Shown piece after piece: positions 51,503 to 63,250 of a stretch of 64,000 nucleotides of DNA; position 1 is the stretch's first letter; each line of letters starts with the position of its first letter. The notes beneath the pieces were generated by a model. The model saw nothing but the letters and a program-made list of their open reading frames with translations. It had not been told where the DNA came from and did not search any database. The stretch lies in assembly GCA_013239625.1 (NCBI GenBank), contig MU053884.1, forward strand, positions 1-64,000. The letters are read 5' to 3'. Made by a program: the position numbers and the translations under genes. This DNA is from Lama guanicoe (taxonomy: Eukaryota).

Positions 51503-51518
51503 GAAGTGACCTCACTTC
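51503..51518 (+). promoter_or_regulatory. ETS/CRE-like near-palindrome GAAGTGACCTCACTTC
   Basis: One base from the perfect palindrome GAAGTGACGTCACTTC, about 100 bp upstream of the decayed start of the MxCC gene. Confidence 0.4.
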
Positions 51519-51615
51519 ACTGGCAATAGAGCCCAACAGAACTTGGAACCGAAGTCACCAGGCACCCACTCTGTAGAGAAGTCCCTACTCAGCTCACTTG
51601 TTTGGAGACAGAGGC

Positions 51616-53139
51616 AAGCTCTGCTGCATTCCAATATCCCGAGGCTGCAGCCCCCAGAAAGCCGCAGTGAGGGGCTATACCAATGCTGCCGGCGCTGGGT
51701 CAAGTCTCACCCAAGGCGCCTCTGGCCTTTTGGCCAGAGAGACCCAAAGGTAACACAGGGAGGCCCAGGGCAGGACCGCCCAGGCCGGGCCACCACTCAG
51801 ATCCCACTCAAGAAGACCCACAGCCCCTTCCTGGATGGTGGAGGTGGAGCAGTCACGTTGGGGTTGGGTTTCTGCCTCAGGCAAGAGCAGGTCAGAGGTC
51901 TGGAGGGCCGGTCACTTCCACAGCCCAGGTCAAATATGGCTGGCTGGAATGTGGAGAGCTGGGGCATGGTACTGCTGCCCAAGGTGGAGCCCATGCATTC
52001 TGGGTATGTCTTTTCCCTCCCAGGTATCTGAGCTGAACAAAGTCCCAGTCTGATCTGGCAGCAGAGGGTCGAGTGGACAGAATCAGGAGTGTTCCTGGCC
52101 GGGCAGGGCTCTGAGACTTCCAGGCCGGGTCAGCTGCTGGTCACTGTCATTGAAGAGCCAGATACCACATATTGAACAGAAGCTGATGAATAAGAACACC
52201 AATGCCCCCTCCCCAATTGAAGGGCTGGTGTGCCACTCTTCTGAGGGCCAGCGCAGGATCCAAGTGGGTCTGGATATGGAGGGGTCCCAACCACCATGGC
52301 CCACAAATCATTGGGGCAGGCCTCCGACCCAGACCTCACCCAGGGCTCTCCCCAGGGACCTGCCCAGGGGTGACGGGTTGCTCAGCACACCCGGCTCTGA
52401 CCTGGAGCACCGTGCCCACCTCGCTGCAAGTCAGGTGGAGGACCAGGAGCCCTCGAAGCAGAGTCCGAAGGTCAGAAAGCAGGGCTGGTGCATGTGTGTA
52501 AGTGAGGGAGGGGCGAGGGCTGGGCCACACTGGGAGGTGTCCCCAGAGGCTACTGTTGGGACCAGAGCAAAGAATGGCCTTAGACCACCTGTCTGGAAAA
52601 AATTCAGTCACAGAACACATCCTCTGGGCACTTTCTGGGTGGGAGCTGTCTGGAAAGCTCTGGGAAGATTTCTGTCCCTGAAGAGGCACAGGGAAAGGGA
52701 GGCATGTGGGTACATTTTTCCTCTCACACAGCATGAGCTCTTCCACAAGACTTAAAACTCTCTCCACATCCAATAGTTACAGAGGAGGCAGGGGCAGGGG
52801 AAGATGGCAGAGACTAAAAATAGGATGATCTGGATTCAGCAGGAGACCCCGAGCTCCCTCCTGCCGCTCCTGCAGCTCCTCCTGAACTTGCATCTGCAGC
52901 TGGACTGCTGGGCAATGGAGAACCAGTTCAGGCATCACCACCACCTGGGGCAAAGCCCCCTCTGCACCCACCCACACCTTCTTCTCCAAAATGTTCTCCA
53001 AAATCCCACTATCAGTCCCCCCCGCAAACTTGACTTCCCTTCTGCTGGAGATGTTTTTGTTTGGTTTTCTTTAGTTTCCTTTTTTTGCCACGTCATTAAT
53101 GGCGTCCTTTATTTTTCTTTTTAGAGTTTCATTATTAAA
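51616..53139 (+). pseudogene. Decayed ~3-exon copy of a multicopy 'MxCC...RRLWPF' family gene (N-terminus resembles proteins annotated RalGDS-like); no RasGEF domain seen
   Basis: Exon 51616-51749: (AAG in place of ATG)LCCIPISRGCSPQKA/SEGLYQCCRRWVKSHPRRLWPFGQRDPK|gtaaca, with a 1-nt frameshift near 51664. Possible exon from 52024 (cctcccag|). Pro/Ala-rich last exon from about 52750 (DPELPPAAPAAPPELAS) ending in hydrophobic VFVWFSLVSFFCHVINGVLYFSF*, then ATTAAA 53134-53139. Confidence 0.5.
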
Positions 53140-54076
53140 ATATAGACTTTCCCCTTTTAAATTGTGCAACTCAGGAGCATTAGGGACATACACAATGTTG
53201 TGTGACAATCACTACCATCTAGTTTCACACTATTTCTTTACTCAAAGTTAAACCTTGGATTCAGAGCGTGCACTCCCCTCCCTCCTCACCCAGCCCCTGA
53301 CAACCCCAAGTCCTCTTTCTCTCTGCGTGTCTTTACCTCTCCTTGGTGTTCCCTGTCAATGAAACTTTAAAAAAGTTTTTTTTGGCCCTGTGCACATGTT
53401 TTAAGCTGGGGCTGGGGATTTTTTTTTGTTTTCACTTGAAACAGCATTTTTATCATTTTAAGGGTATATCCAGGGGGATTAAAGATATGATGTACAAAAT
53501 GAAGACATTTTAGTAACTCTGTGCATAATCTCAGGGTAGACACTGCTGTTTCCCCATGACACCACAGCCAGAAGACAGAAGGGAGATGCTTAGCTCTTCC
53601 TGTGGCAAAAACAAAATCAAACAAATCAAAAAAATTAGCAAAAGCCCAGAAAAACTGCTTGAAAGTGTAACCACAACCTGGAAAAAGCATTCTTCTTAAC
53701 CCAATTTTGGAGAAAGGTTTCCCATCCTTGTAGTCCAAAATCCTTTTGAAACGCAGTGTTCTAAACAGAAACAGAACAGACATGGGCAGTTTCAATGAGA
53801 GGCAATGCAGGTGGCCAGTTTGTGTTAGAGATGCTTGAACTCTCAGGTGAGAACACAGGCATATAGAAACACTGCAGAGACAGCACCGGTCATCATCACA
53901 CTGGCGGGTCATTAGTCAGGTGACAACCAGCCCTGGTGACAATGTAAGCAGGCAGAGGCTCCAGCAGATCCCCTGGAGGGAAGAGTGAAGGGACGCTCCT
54001 CTTCAGGAGAAGAGGGTGCAGGACACATCAAAGGGCCACAGATGCATCTCTTCCCCAGAAGTTCTGATCCTTACAG
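53105..54076 (+). repeat. Diverged ~950-bp direct duplication, copy B
   Basis: Paralogue of 49475-50432. Confidence 0.9.
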
Positions 54077-55019
54077 TTCATCCCATTATAATCCCTACAC
54101 ACCTATTCAAAGATGCCTTTTCAAGGGTGATCATCACAGCACTGGTTGAAACAGTCGGAATTAAAGCAACACTAATGTTGATGGAGGGATGATGGGGTCC
54201 ATTCATTTTGATCCATGTGGATGAATGAATGCTGTGCAGTTGGAAATGCGGGTGCCTGGTCTCAACCCAAAGTCAAGGGAGGCCTCAGGATGGAAGCATG
54301 CAGACCCACTGTCTTCCCCCAGGGTCCCATTTGTACGACCACATATGTGTGAAATCAGCATAGATGTAAACTGATCTGATTGTGAGTGTGTGAGAGACAG
54401 AGATGGAGAGAGACATACTGAGAGACACAGAGACTGAGACTTAAGCACCAAATCATTCGTGACAGTCACCTCTGTGGGTGGGAATTACAATCTCTTCTCT
54501 TTTAGGCAATATTTCAATTTTTTGTAATGTGTCTCTATTACTCCACTAACTCTAAAATGATTAAAATCCTATCTTAATGTGACCCATTCATTACTCATCT
54601 ATGGAGTAATTAAAGTACATTAATCATATTTTTGAAAGAATTTAAAGCCTTCTCAGGACTCAGTTCCATGTCAGCTCCGTGGCAGCAGAAGTTCTCCAGG
54701 AGGTCGTGTCTCTTCTGAAGTAGCATCCAAAAGAGGTGAGGAAGAATTACCAGACTTCGACATTGAAGACTACAATAGATTAGAGATTCTGTTGAGAGAA
54801 ATTAAGACCTACATTCACAGAGAATAATCCCTTATTCATTGAGCAGAAGGCTTCATTCTACTAAGATGACAATAGTCCACGTATAGATCTAAGGATTCAA
54901 AGAATGCCTACCCAAATCCCAGGTGGTGTTTTGCAGGAATTGACAATCAATCTAAAATTCACGTGGAAAATCCAGGGGCTCAGAATACATGAGTGAATCT
55001 TGAAAAAGAAAACAAAGTT

Positions 55020-55330
55020 TGAGGAATGGAAAGTCAGATGGAACCCATGGTTAATACAAAAGCACTTTAAGCTGAAGACAACTGAGATTCAATAGAGGTA
55101 GAAGAAAACTTGTCATGGAAGCCAATTCTCTCCTCTCCCTTTGTCCTATTAAGTTAGATTGATAAAAAAGCCTTTAAGTTTCACCATTTAACATGGTAGT
55201 TACTTTTCTGGTTGGCTCCTGCGTGTGTATAAATAAACTGTTTCTCTCGTTCATCTCCTCTTTACTTCTGTGGGCTCTTTGGGAGGGACTCTGAATGATG
55301 GGGACCTGCTTTTTTCTCACCTTCTTTAGA
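55020..55330 (+). mobile_element. Possible LTR remnant
   Basis: Starts tgagg; tataaataaactgtttctctcgttcatct resembles an LTR R/U5 region. Confidence 0.4.
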
Positions 55331-55703
55331 GACATCTTTTGTCCATGGTGAAGTGCTTAAAAAAAAAAAGGCTCATTGGTTTTGGGTCAGATTTGGAACA
55401 TGTATACTTTTGGAGACCCCCTGGAGGAACAAGGTGGTTCAATAGTTCTGGGAGAATTTACTTATCCAAATGCCTAACAAGATGCTATTTGCATAGTTGT
55501 TTTTTTTTAAAGATTCCTATCCTAAAAAAAATACCCTATCTAAACCTCTTGGATGATCAAAAAGAAAGAAAAAAGGAGGATCATGTCTGGCCTAAGAACT
55601 CTTTCTTAACAAAAGGGAAGGATAGAATCAGATTCAGAGCAAAAATCAAAACCCATTTATACCATCAACCCTCCCACTCTTTTGTACACTGTCCTCACGT
55701 AAT

Positions 55704-55717
55704 CTGCCAGATGGCGC
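55704..55717 (+). promoter_or_regulatory. CTCF-like core motif
   Basis: CTGCCAGATGGCGC matches CCRSYAGRKGGCRS at 13/14 positions. Confidence 0.45.
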
Positions 55718-57279
55718 CCTAGAGAAGGCCCTTTGCCCAGAACTTGTGTTCATTTTCAGAGCTCGGCCAAGTGGGAGGTTGGTCCCCAGGGCCTGAGAGG
55801 GGCTATTTGTGAAATCTTCTCTGCTGAGACACACTAGACTGAAAGGAACTGTGTGCTCTGAGGGATAGAGAGCACACCGAGCCTCTGTGGAGGCATGTCT
55901 GGGATCATCCCAAAGGCACACAGCTCTAACTCTGGAAACGGGAATTTTTGATTGGCATCTTAGTTGGAAATCCCCTCCTGGATAGAAAGAAGCAGATTCA
56001 AGATGTTGCAATTGGATGGGCAGGTCGGCCTCTAGAATTTGTTGATGAGAAAGACACGCAATTCACTGCAGAATTAGGAACACCCATACCTGCCCTGCTG
56101 AATTCATCTAAAGAGAAACAGAGACTCGGCTCTAGGGGGAATTAAACACCCACCAACTTTTCTTACTGACGTCAGCGTCCCCACTTTATTCTCCTGTCAG
56201 GTCTCTGCACAAAAACTGTGGCTCAGCCCCAAATATCAAACACCCATCACCCTTAACCACTCTGTGTCTGTGTCCAACTCGAGCATTATGGCCTGTGACC
56301 GTTACTGTCAAATCATGTCACCCTTTCAGCCCGTCTCCCGCCATCATCCCAGCCCAACCTCGGTGTTTCTCTCTAGGTCAGCAGCACTCTTCCCACTGGC
56401 TTCCCGTCAGCTTACCTTGTCCTGCTTTCACTGCTTATTCCCCATATGTTACCCACAGTGGTCTTATTAAAGTATGAATCGGATCAAGTTATTCTGCTTT
56501 GCAAAATATTACCATGATTTTCCATTATATTCAGAAGGATATCTAGAGTCCCTACCAAGGCCCTGTGTGATCCAGTCCCTCACCCGTCTCTGCAGCCTCA
56601 GTTCTCATCGTTCTGCTCCAGCCCATCTTCACCGCCCAGATGGTCCCCACCAGGACAGCTGTGTTTGTAACACCAAGTCTTGTACTTACACTTCTCCTGG
56701 CCTGGGAGGATTTTCTTGTCTGTTACCTATGTGGCTTATACTTTTGCTTCATTCAGGACTTTGTTCAAATTATTTTACCCTCAGAGAGGACTTATCTGAC
56801 CACATTATTTAAAATAGCACGCACATATTTCCTATTCAATCATTTTCTCTCCTAATATGTTTATGTTTCTCTGTGGCAATTATTAGTACCTGGCAGTACG
56901 TCATATATTTATTTGCTTACTAGTTTATTGTCTGTATTTCTTACTAGACTTATATTCATGGAAAAACAAATAACTGTTTTAACCAGTAACTTTCAAACCA
57001 CCTTTAAATGAACTCTTTTATAAAATGAGAATTTCAGACCCTTTCAGACGGGTTGCTTAGGGGAAAAAAGAGAAAGGATTCAGGTTGAACTAGGTTACTA
57101 AGGACCTGGGAGTTGGTTATTTATTTTATACATAGTAGTGTGTATCTGTTAATCCCAAACTCCTAATCTAGCAAAACACCAAGCTGACTACTATTTTAAA
57201 AGACATTTTTTCTTTTTTTAACTTGGGTTGTTTGAGATCTCTTTTCTTATTTGTTATTTTTCTTTTATTTTAAAGACTT

Positions 57280-57358
57280 TTTCTTATCTTTTTTTACATT
57301 GAGGTACTGCGAATTGAACCCAGCATGTACTCTACCCCTTGAACTATACCATCCCCTC
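57280..57358 (-). mobile_element. Degenerate Vic-1-like SINE with internal deletion
   Basis: gaggtactgcgaattgaaccca...tctaccccttgaactataccatcccc. Confidence 0.7.
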
Positions 57359-59514
57359 CAAAGACAATTATTTTTATACTTTACTTAATTATTTTTATAC
57401 TTTGACAATACCATATTGAATTAAGATTTTTTGTTCCATTTTTCCTTCATAGAGTTTATAACTGAGGGAGAGAGTCAGACGAAGCCTTGGGCCATCCCTT
57501 CCTTCTCAGCGGGTTACTACACAGCAGAGGAGCTAGGCTGTTGCCAGGCCCAGCTCACCTTTCTGCTCTGAGGGCCGACTTAGGCTACTTCTCTAAACAG
57601 CAGCATGTTAGAAGCAGCAGAAAGCCAACTAGTGAGCAACAATGACAAAACTGACCCACCTGCAGTTGGACATCATCTGCTCTGAAACGAACCTCTTAAA
57701 GCTCTTCTTCCTATTAGTGGATGGTTTTCAAAAATATTCCCAAGGAGATGAATCTCACTCCATTTTTCTGGATTTCTTGGGCCTTCTATGACTTTAATTG
57801 CAGGCTTGATTTTCTAGAGAACGTCTGCAGAGAAGCCAGGCAGAACATGGGAACAGACCCTGCAGGCCACGGCTGAGGCCTCTGGTCAAAGCATCCTTGT
57901 TGTGCAGAGCTTACGTTCATGGGGCCATTTTCATGACTGCTGTAATTAGTTCTCATCCAAGTGTCCCACCGGCAATGTTTCTAGATGGAAGGTGGCCTGA
58001 CGCAGATGAGCAGTGGGGATGTGGGATGCAGATGGCAGACAGACTGGAAGGAGAAAAGGGAAATATTTCTTCAGGCTTCAGTTTGGAAGGTTTCTGATTT
58101 TTATATGGACATTAAACTTGGTCAGGCTGAAGCACCGTTTGCTCTAAGATGGGTTGATGTACACGTATGCCTACAATTTTTAAAAAATATGTTGAAGCTG
58201 GACGTGACAGCCTAGGAGATAGACAGCTTAGAGTGACACCTATGTTCCAGGATGCCTATGATCTCGGGCTCACAAAGAGGAAAAGAATACACATATTTTG
58301 CCTCTGTAGTTCTATGTGAAATTATTCTGACCCTTGCCGGATGGTGTAAAATCAGAGATCATGTAGTCTTTCTTACATCGCAAAGATGTCAATTCTTCTT
58401 GATGAGTCAGCAGACAGTTTCAGATGGCCCGGGATCTGTGCCAGACATTAACTGTCTAGACAATTACCACACAGCTCCCATCTCTCAAAGAGATCACAGT
58501 GTGTCGAGGAAGAGACAAATTTAAATAGGTTTTCAAAACAATGTGGTAAGAGTCACTTGACATCATGTATACTGTATGTTCAGAGGGGTTATTGCACTGC
58601 CTGGGGCTGGGTTCTAGAAGGTAGGGAAGGTGTCAGAGAGGAAATGCTTTCTGCACTGACATCTGAAGGATTCCAGCAAATCTCTAGACCAGGAGAGTGC
58701 GTGGTGGGGACGGGATCCTCGGCAGCTTGCGTGTCTCGTGCAGAGGTCTGGTCGTGTCTAAGAGCACTTTGCACTTAGGGAAGGAAGGTCAGTGAGGCTA
58801 GAGGCTGTGAGGAAGTAATGGAAGCTGAGGCTGAAAAAAAGCAGCAACTAGATGATGAGAAGGTGTGACATTAAATCAGGGAGCGTGCACTTCCTCAAAT
58901 ATGCAGCGGGGAATTCTTTGGGGTTTTAAGGGGGAGAGTGATACAGATTAGTCATTAAAAGTGAGCAAGGTGGATTGTTCACTCTAAAGAACAGCACTGG
59001 GGGGAGTAGCGTGGGGTGTGAATTAATGCAGTGGGGAGTGAGGGGCGGGAACTTAGTTGGGGGACATTAAGTAATAGAATTGTAGTACTGACAGGGGTGA
59101 AGGAGTGGAAAAGTAAAGGAAAACCCCCAGATGTATGACACGGAAAACAGATGGGATAGTGATGCTATTGTTTGATGAAGTAAACCTAGTTCTGAGTGAG
59201 TGTAAATCCAAACATACAGAGCTTGAGTTTTTTGGGGGCTTATCAAATGGGAATGTGTACTTGTCAATTAGAAGTATATTTCTGGGAATGAACTGAGATG
59301 TCCATGCTGGAAAAGATTTGACAGTTAATCAGTGGACAGAGAGCAGTTGAAGCCACGGGAATAAATGCCACCCACTGACAGTTACCAAAGAAAAGGGAAG
59401 GAGGGCACTTCTGGTTCAGAAAATATGGCAGACTGGAAACTTGAAGACCCACTCACTGAAGACACATAAAAACGTAGGACAAAATGCCACCAATCTTTTC
59501 TTGTTTGTTTACAG

Positions 59515-60140
59515 GCACCTTTATTGTGGTATGATTCCTGTACAGTAAAATACACATATTTCACATGTACTATTTGATGAATTTGATAAATGTCTACACC
59601 CAGAGAACCATCACCACAATCAAGATAGCTAACATTTCCATCACTCCCCAAGAGGGGCCCTTTTCGAATTCCCATATTTATCCCTTCCTGTCCCATTCTC
59701 TCCCTGGTAACTGTAATTCTGTTTCTGTATGTCTGTGTGTCTGTTTCTCTTTTGTAGTTAAGTTCATTTGTGTCTTTTTTTAGATTCCTCATATAAATGA
59801 TATTATATGGCACTTTTCTCTTTTTCTGTCTTACTTCACTTAGAATGACTATCTCTTCGTCCATCCATGTTGCTGCAAATTATATTATTTTGTTTTTTCA
59901 TGGCTGCATAGTATTCCATTGTATAAATATACTACTACTTCTTTATCCAGTCACCGGTCAATGGACATTTGGGTTGTCGCCATGTCCTGGCTATTATAAA
60001 TAGTGCTGCTGTAAGCACTGAGGTGCATGTGACTTTTTGAATTAGAATTTTCTTCTGACATATGCCCGGGAGTGGGAAGGCTGGATCATGAGTTAAGTAC
60101 ATTTTCAGTTTTTAAAGGAACCTCCACACTGACTTCTCTA
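59515..60140 (-). mobile_element. Antisense L1 3' fragments (older 3' end plus younger ORF2-end segment)
   Basis: tccatccatgttgctgcaaat...ggacatttgggttgtcgccatgtcctggctattataaatagtgctgc. Confidence 0.85.
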
Positions 60141-60353
60141 GTGACAATGCAGCCCATTTTGGGAAAGCAGAGCCATGCTCAGAAAGCAACAGGTATTTCT
60201 AGGGGCCAGACATGAAGTGCAGTGAGTGTGGCCTGTTCAAGAATCAGAGGGCAGTCTGCCAGGGCTGGAGAAGAGTGACAAGGGAAGTGTGGTACAGGTA
60301 GGATTCAGACCACGTGGGGACCTGACAGGCTGGGATAAGGAGCCTGGACTTTC

Positions 60354-60812
60354 AGTCATCCCTTGGTAACCATGGGACACTGGTTCCAGGACTCCCCTGA
60401 GACGTCAACATCCATGGATGCTGACGCCTCTTGTATAAAATGACATAGAACTTGCATGGAACTCATGTACATCCTCCCATGTACTATTTTAATATATATA
60501 TATACAAACTTTTTATTGAGTTATAGTCATTTTACAATGTTGTATCAAATTCCAGCATACAGCATAAGTTTTCAGTTATACATGAATATACACATATATT
60601 TGTCACTTTCTATTCTGCTGTGTCCTCCTGTGTACTTTAAATTATCTCTAGATTACTCATGGTATCTAATACAACATGAATGCTATGTAAGTAGTTACCA
60701 GTGTATGGCAAATTCAAGTGTTGCTTTTTGAAACTTTCTGTTTTTTTCCCGAATATTTTAAATCCACAGTTAGTTGAATCTGCTGGATAGGGAGCCCCTA
60801 GATATGGAGAAC
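60354..60812 (+). mobile_element. MER2-like TcMar-Tigger DNA transposon interrupted by an L1 fragment
   Basis: cagtcatcccttggtaaccatgggacactggttccaggac...tactttaaattatctctagattact...ggcaaattcaagtgttgcttttt. Confidence 0.8.
60486..60622 (-). mobile_element. Short antisense L1 3' end with a 14-bp TSD
   Basis: ttttattgagttatagtcattttacaatgttgt; TSD tcctcccatgtact (60472-60485) / tcctcctgtgtact (60623-60636). Confidence 0.8.
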
Positions 60813-62974
60813 CCCCAAGCTCCTCTTTCCCACTGCCTAAATTTCCACTGCAAGAACTGAAGGGGTCCAAACATAGAAGAGTGCCATCTACCTGCTGGAA
60901 ATCCTGAGGAATTCCTTCAGCGTATGTAGCGCAGGAGAGAAGGCTTAGGGCCAACTAGTGGGAAAGGAGGACCTGCTTGGAGAAGAAGGAGGAAGGACCA
61001 CAGTGGAAGCTAGCTTGTACCCTTACTGGAGCTAGCTGATAGCAGTGAGGGACGCCGAGGAACTGGGGACAAATTACGTGGGGGGTGATCCTGGCTGCCA
61101 GGTGCAGGGTTCACATAGCTGGGACCCAGTTTGCAAGATGAAAATAACAAGGAGGGAGAGGGGCTGCCTCAGCCCCGGGATCCTGACAACAGCCACAGCG
61201 CCGTGACCCCAACTAATGCGGCTCCCCTAGTAAGCCAGAAAAAGGAAACTTTGAGCCAAGATATTGTAGATTCTACCGCAGCCACATGGATAACTAGATC
61301 TCTAACCTGACAAAATGTAACCATCAGAAACAGGAATTTTTTCTTTTCTCTTCCTTTGGACCGTTGGACAGGGAGCCACACATCTCTGACGGGAACCACC
61401 TTTAATCCGATAGAGAGTTCACTTTTTCAGGAATAAGCAAGGAGAAAAAGAGTGGGGTGATGGTTTAAAGCGGAAGTCAAAGCGGAAGCCCATCTGAGAA
61501 ATGGTAAAAACATGCTTCTCAATGAATTCGAGATAAAAAAAGAAGGGGTTAAGGAAATCTCTATTAATATCCATTCACCATAAAAGACTAGCCAGCCATA
61601 AAAAGACAGCACCTTAAATTAAGAAATATTTTTTTTGGTAATGAAAAACAATGCCTTATTTTAAAACAAGGCTCGGGCCATCAACAACACGCTGAGAGTT
61701 GTTGAGGAGGAGAACATAAATCTGCATATAGATATGTAAGTGTTCCAAGTCCACCGCTCGAAAAAAATTAGTCAATCATGTGTCCAGTTGATTGGGAAAT
61801 CCCGATAAGTAAATAATTCAAAAGTGGGAAAGACATGGGATTAAATAGTGGTAGTGAGCAATGAAATCCAACATGTTTATACCTATATTTTCTTTGTTAA
61901 TGTAACAAAGTGTAAGCAACTGTCTAAAAAGTAGTAAATGGAGCACAAACACACACACACACACATACAATTTGGAACAGCAGAGAGGTAAAATATGCTA
62001 AGTTTATCAATATTGAAAAACAGGATCTAATAGATTATTGCATTTTTGAGACTCTTATAGGAATACTGGTTCTATTGCATATAAAGTTATGAACTTGGAG
62101 ATGATTTATAAAAATTTAGAGAGAATTTTCATTAAGAGGCAGTATAGCTTCCAAATCACTGAAAAGAAAATTAACAATAAAAAAATTAATCAATCCAGGT
62201 AATATGGAGTAACAGAGACCGTATTTACCATCCTAAAATAAACCACAAAATGGATAAAATATATGAAGCAATGATTTTTAAGACATGTGAAAACGATCAT
62301 CCACTAGGACCTTTTTCCTGCCACCTCCATACCAAGGCTGCTAGGCCTCCTAATGCCATCACAAAGGATGTCCACCAGGAGGCGACATTGCCTCCCTCTG
62401 CTTCTGCTGCAGAGACAGTCCTGAGCAGTCCTTTTCCAGGTTTTGGCTGGAAGCTCCCAGAAGTGCTCTCGTGGGTCTTTGTCCCTTTTAGCCACCAGCA
62501 AAGGGATCAAGGATGAATAGAGAGCCTCCTTCCTCATCCAAGACCTAGGAACCTATCTGACTTCTGAGCAGCCCTTCACCCTTGTCTGCTGTCTGGTACT
62601 CTCTGCTCGGTTTCCCGAGTCCCCGGCATGGGCATCCTGCACCCTTGCCACAGCCCATGAGAGTCTGTTCCCCCGCCAAGAGGCCACGCGTGATCGTGAG
62701 CAGGGCTCCAGGCCTCTGGAGTAGTGCAGCTTGGACTGTGTCCTGGTCCTGGGCTCGTGAGTTTCATGCCCTTGGCTGAGTCAGTTAACATCTCAAAGCT
62801 ACAGTTTCCTCATCAGTAAAATGAAGACATAATCAATATGGAAAAAAATGAGAATCTGAGGGGGACTAAATTTCTGGTGATTGAAGATTATTTTAATTTT
62901 GATTTATACAGCAAAGGACATCATACAATTTTTACTACATAATTCTAAAGGACAGCTTCTACTATTAAAACTAA

Positions 62975-63250
62975 TGCATGCACGTACACACAAACACACG
63001 TGCAGACACACTGGATCTGCTCCACATACATCCCCACGTGCACACACACATGGATTCATTTACCACACACACACATCCCATACACACAACCACACATGTC
63101 CTCAGGCACACACACACACATAACATATAAAACCACATATATCCCCAGGCGCGCATGCACTCGCGCGCGCGCACACACACACACACAGTCATAGTCATGT
63201 ACCACACTCGTCCCCAAGTGCGCACATGTGCACACACACGTCATACACAC
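62975..63250. repeat. (CA)n-rich low-complexity / compound microsatellite
   Basis: Interrupted cacacaca runs with a (CG)n patch. Confidence 0.85.

Larger units (their letters stand above)
55699..61612 (-). pseudogene. Chain of exon-like units from an unidentified, decayed gene
   Basis: AG/GT-bounded units 61612-61307 (306 nt), 58043-57915 (129), 57824-57759 (66), 57710-57660 (51), 56107-56090 (18) and 55977-55699 (279). All lengths are multiples of 3 and most have pyrimidine tracts; scattered stops. Confidence 0.45.

Noticed and set aside
54657..54769. Exon-like segment (minus: SSMSKSG...LLLPRS*; plus: TQFHVSSVAAEVLQEVVSLLK*HPKE|gtgagg)
   Set aside because: Plausible splice signals on both strands and a weak minus-strand acceptor abutting an L1 remnant; strand and identity are ambiguous.
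56167..56174. Perfect CRE TGACGTCA
   Set aside because: A single 8-mer in 64 kb is near chance expectation and has no promoter context.
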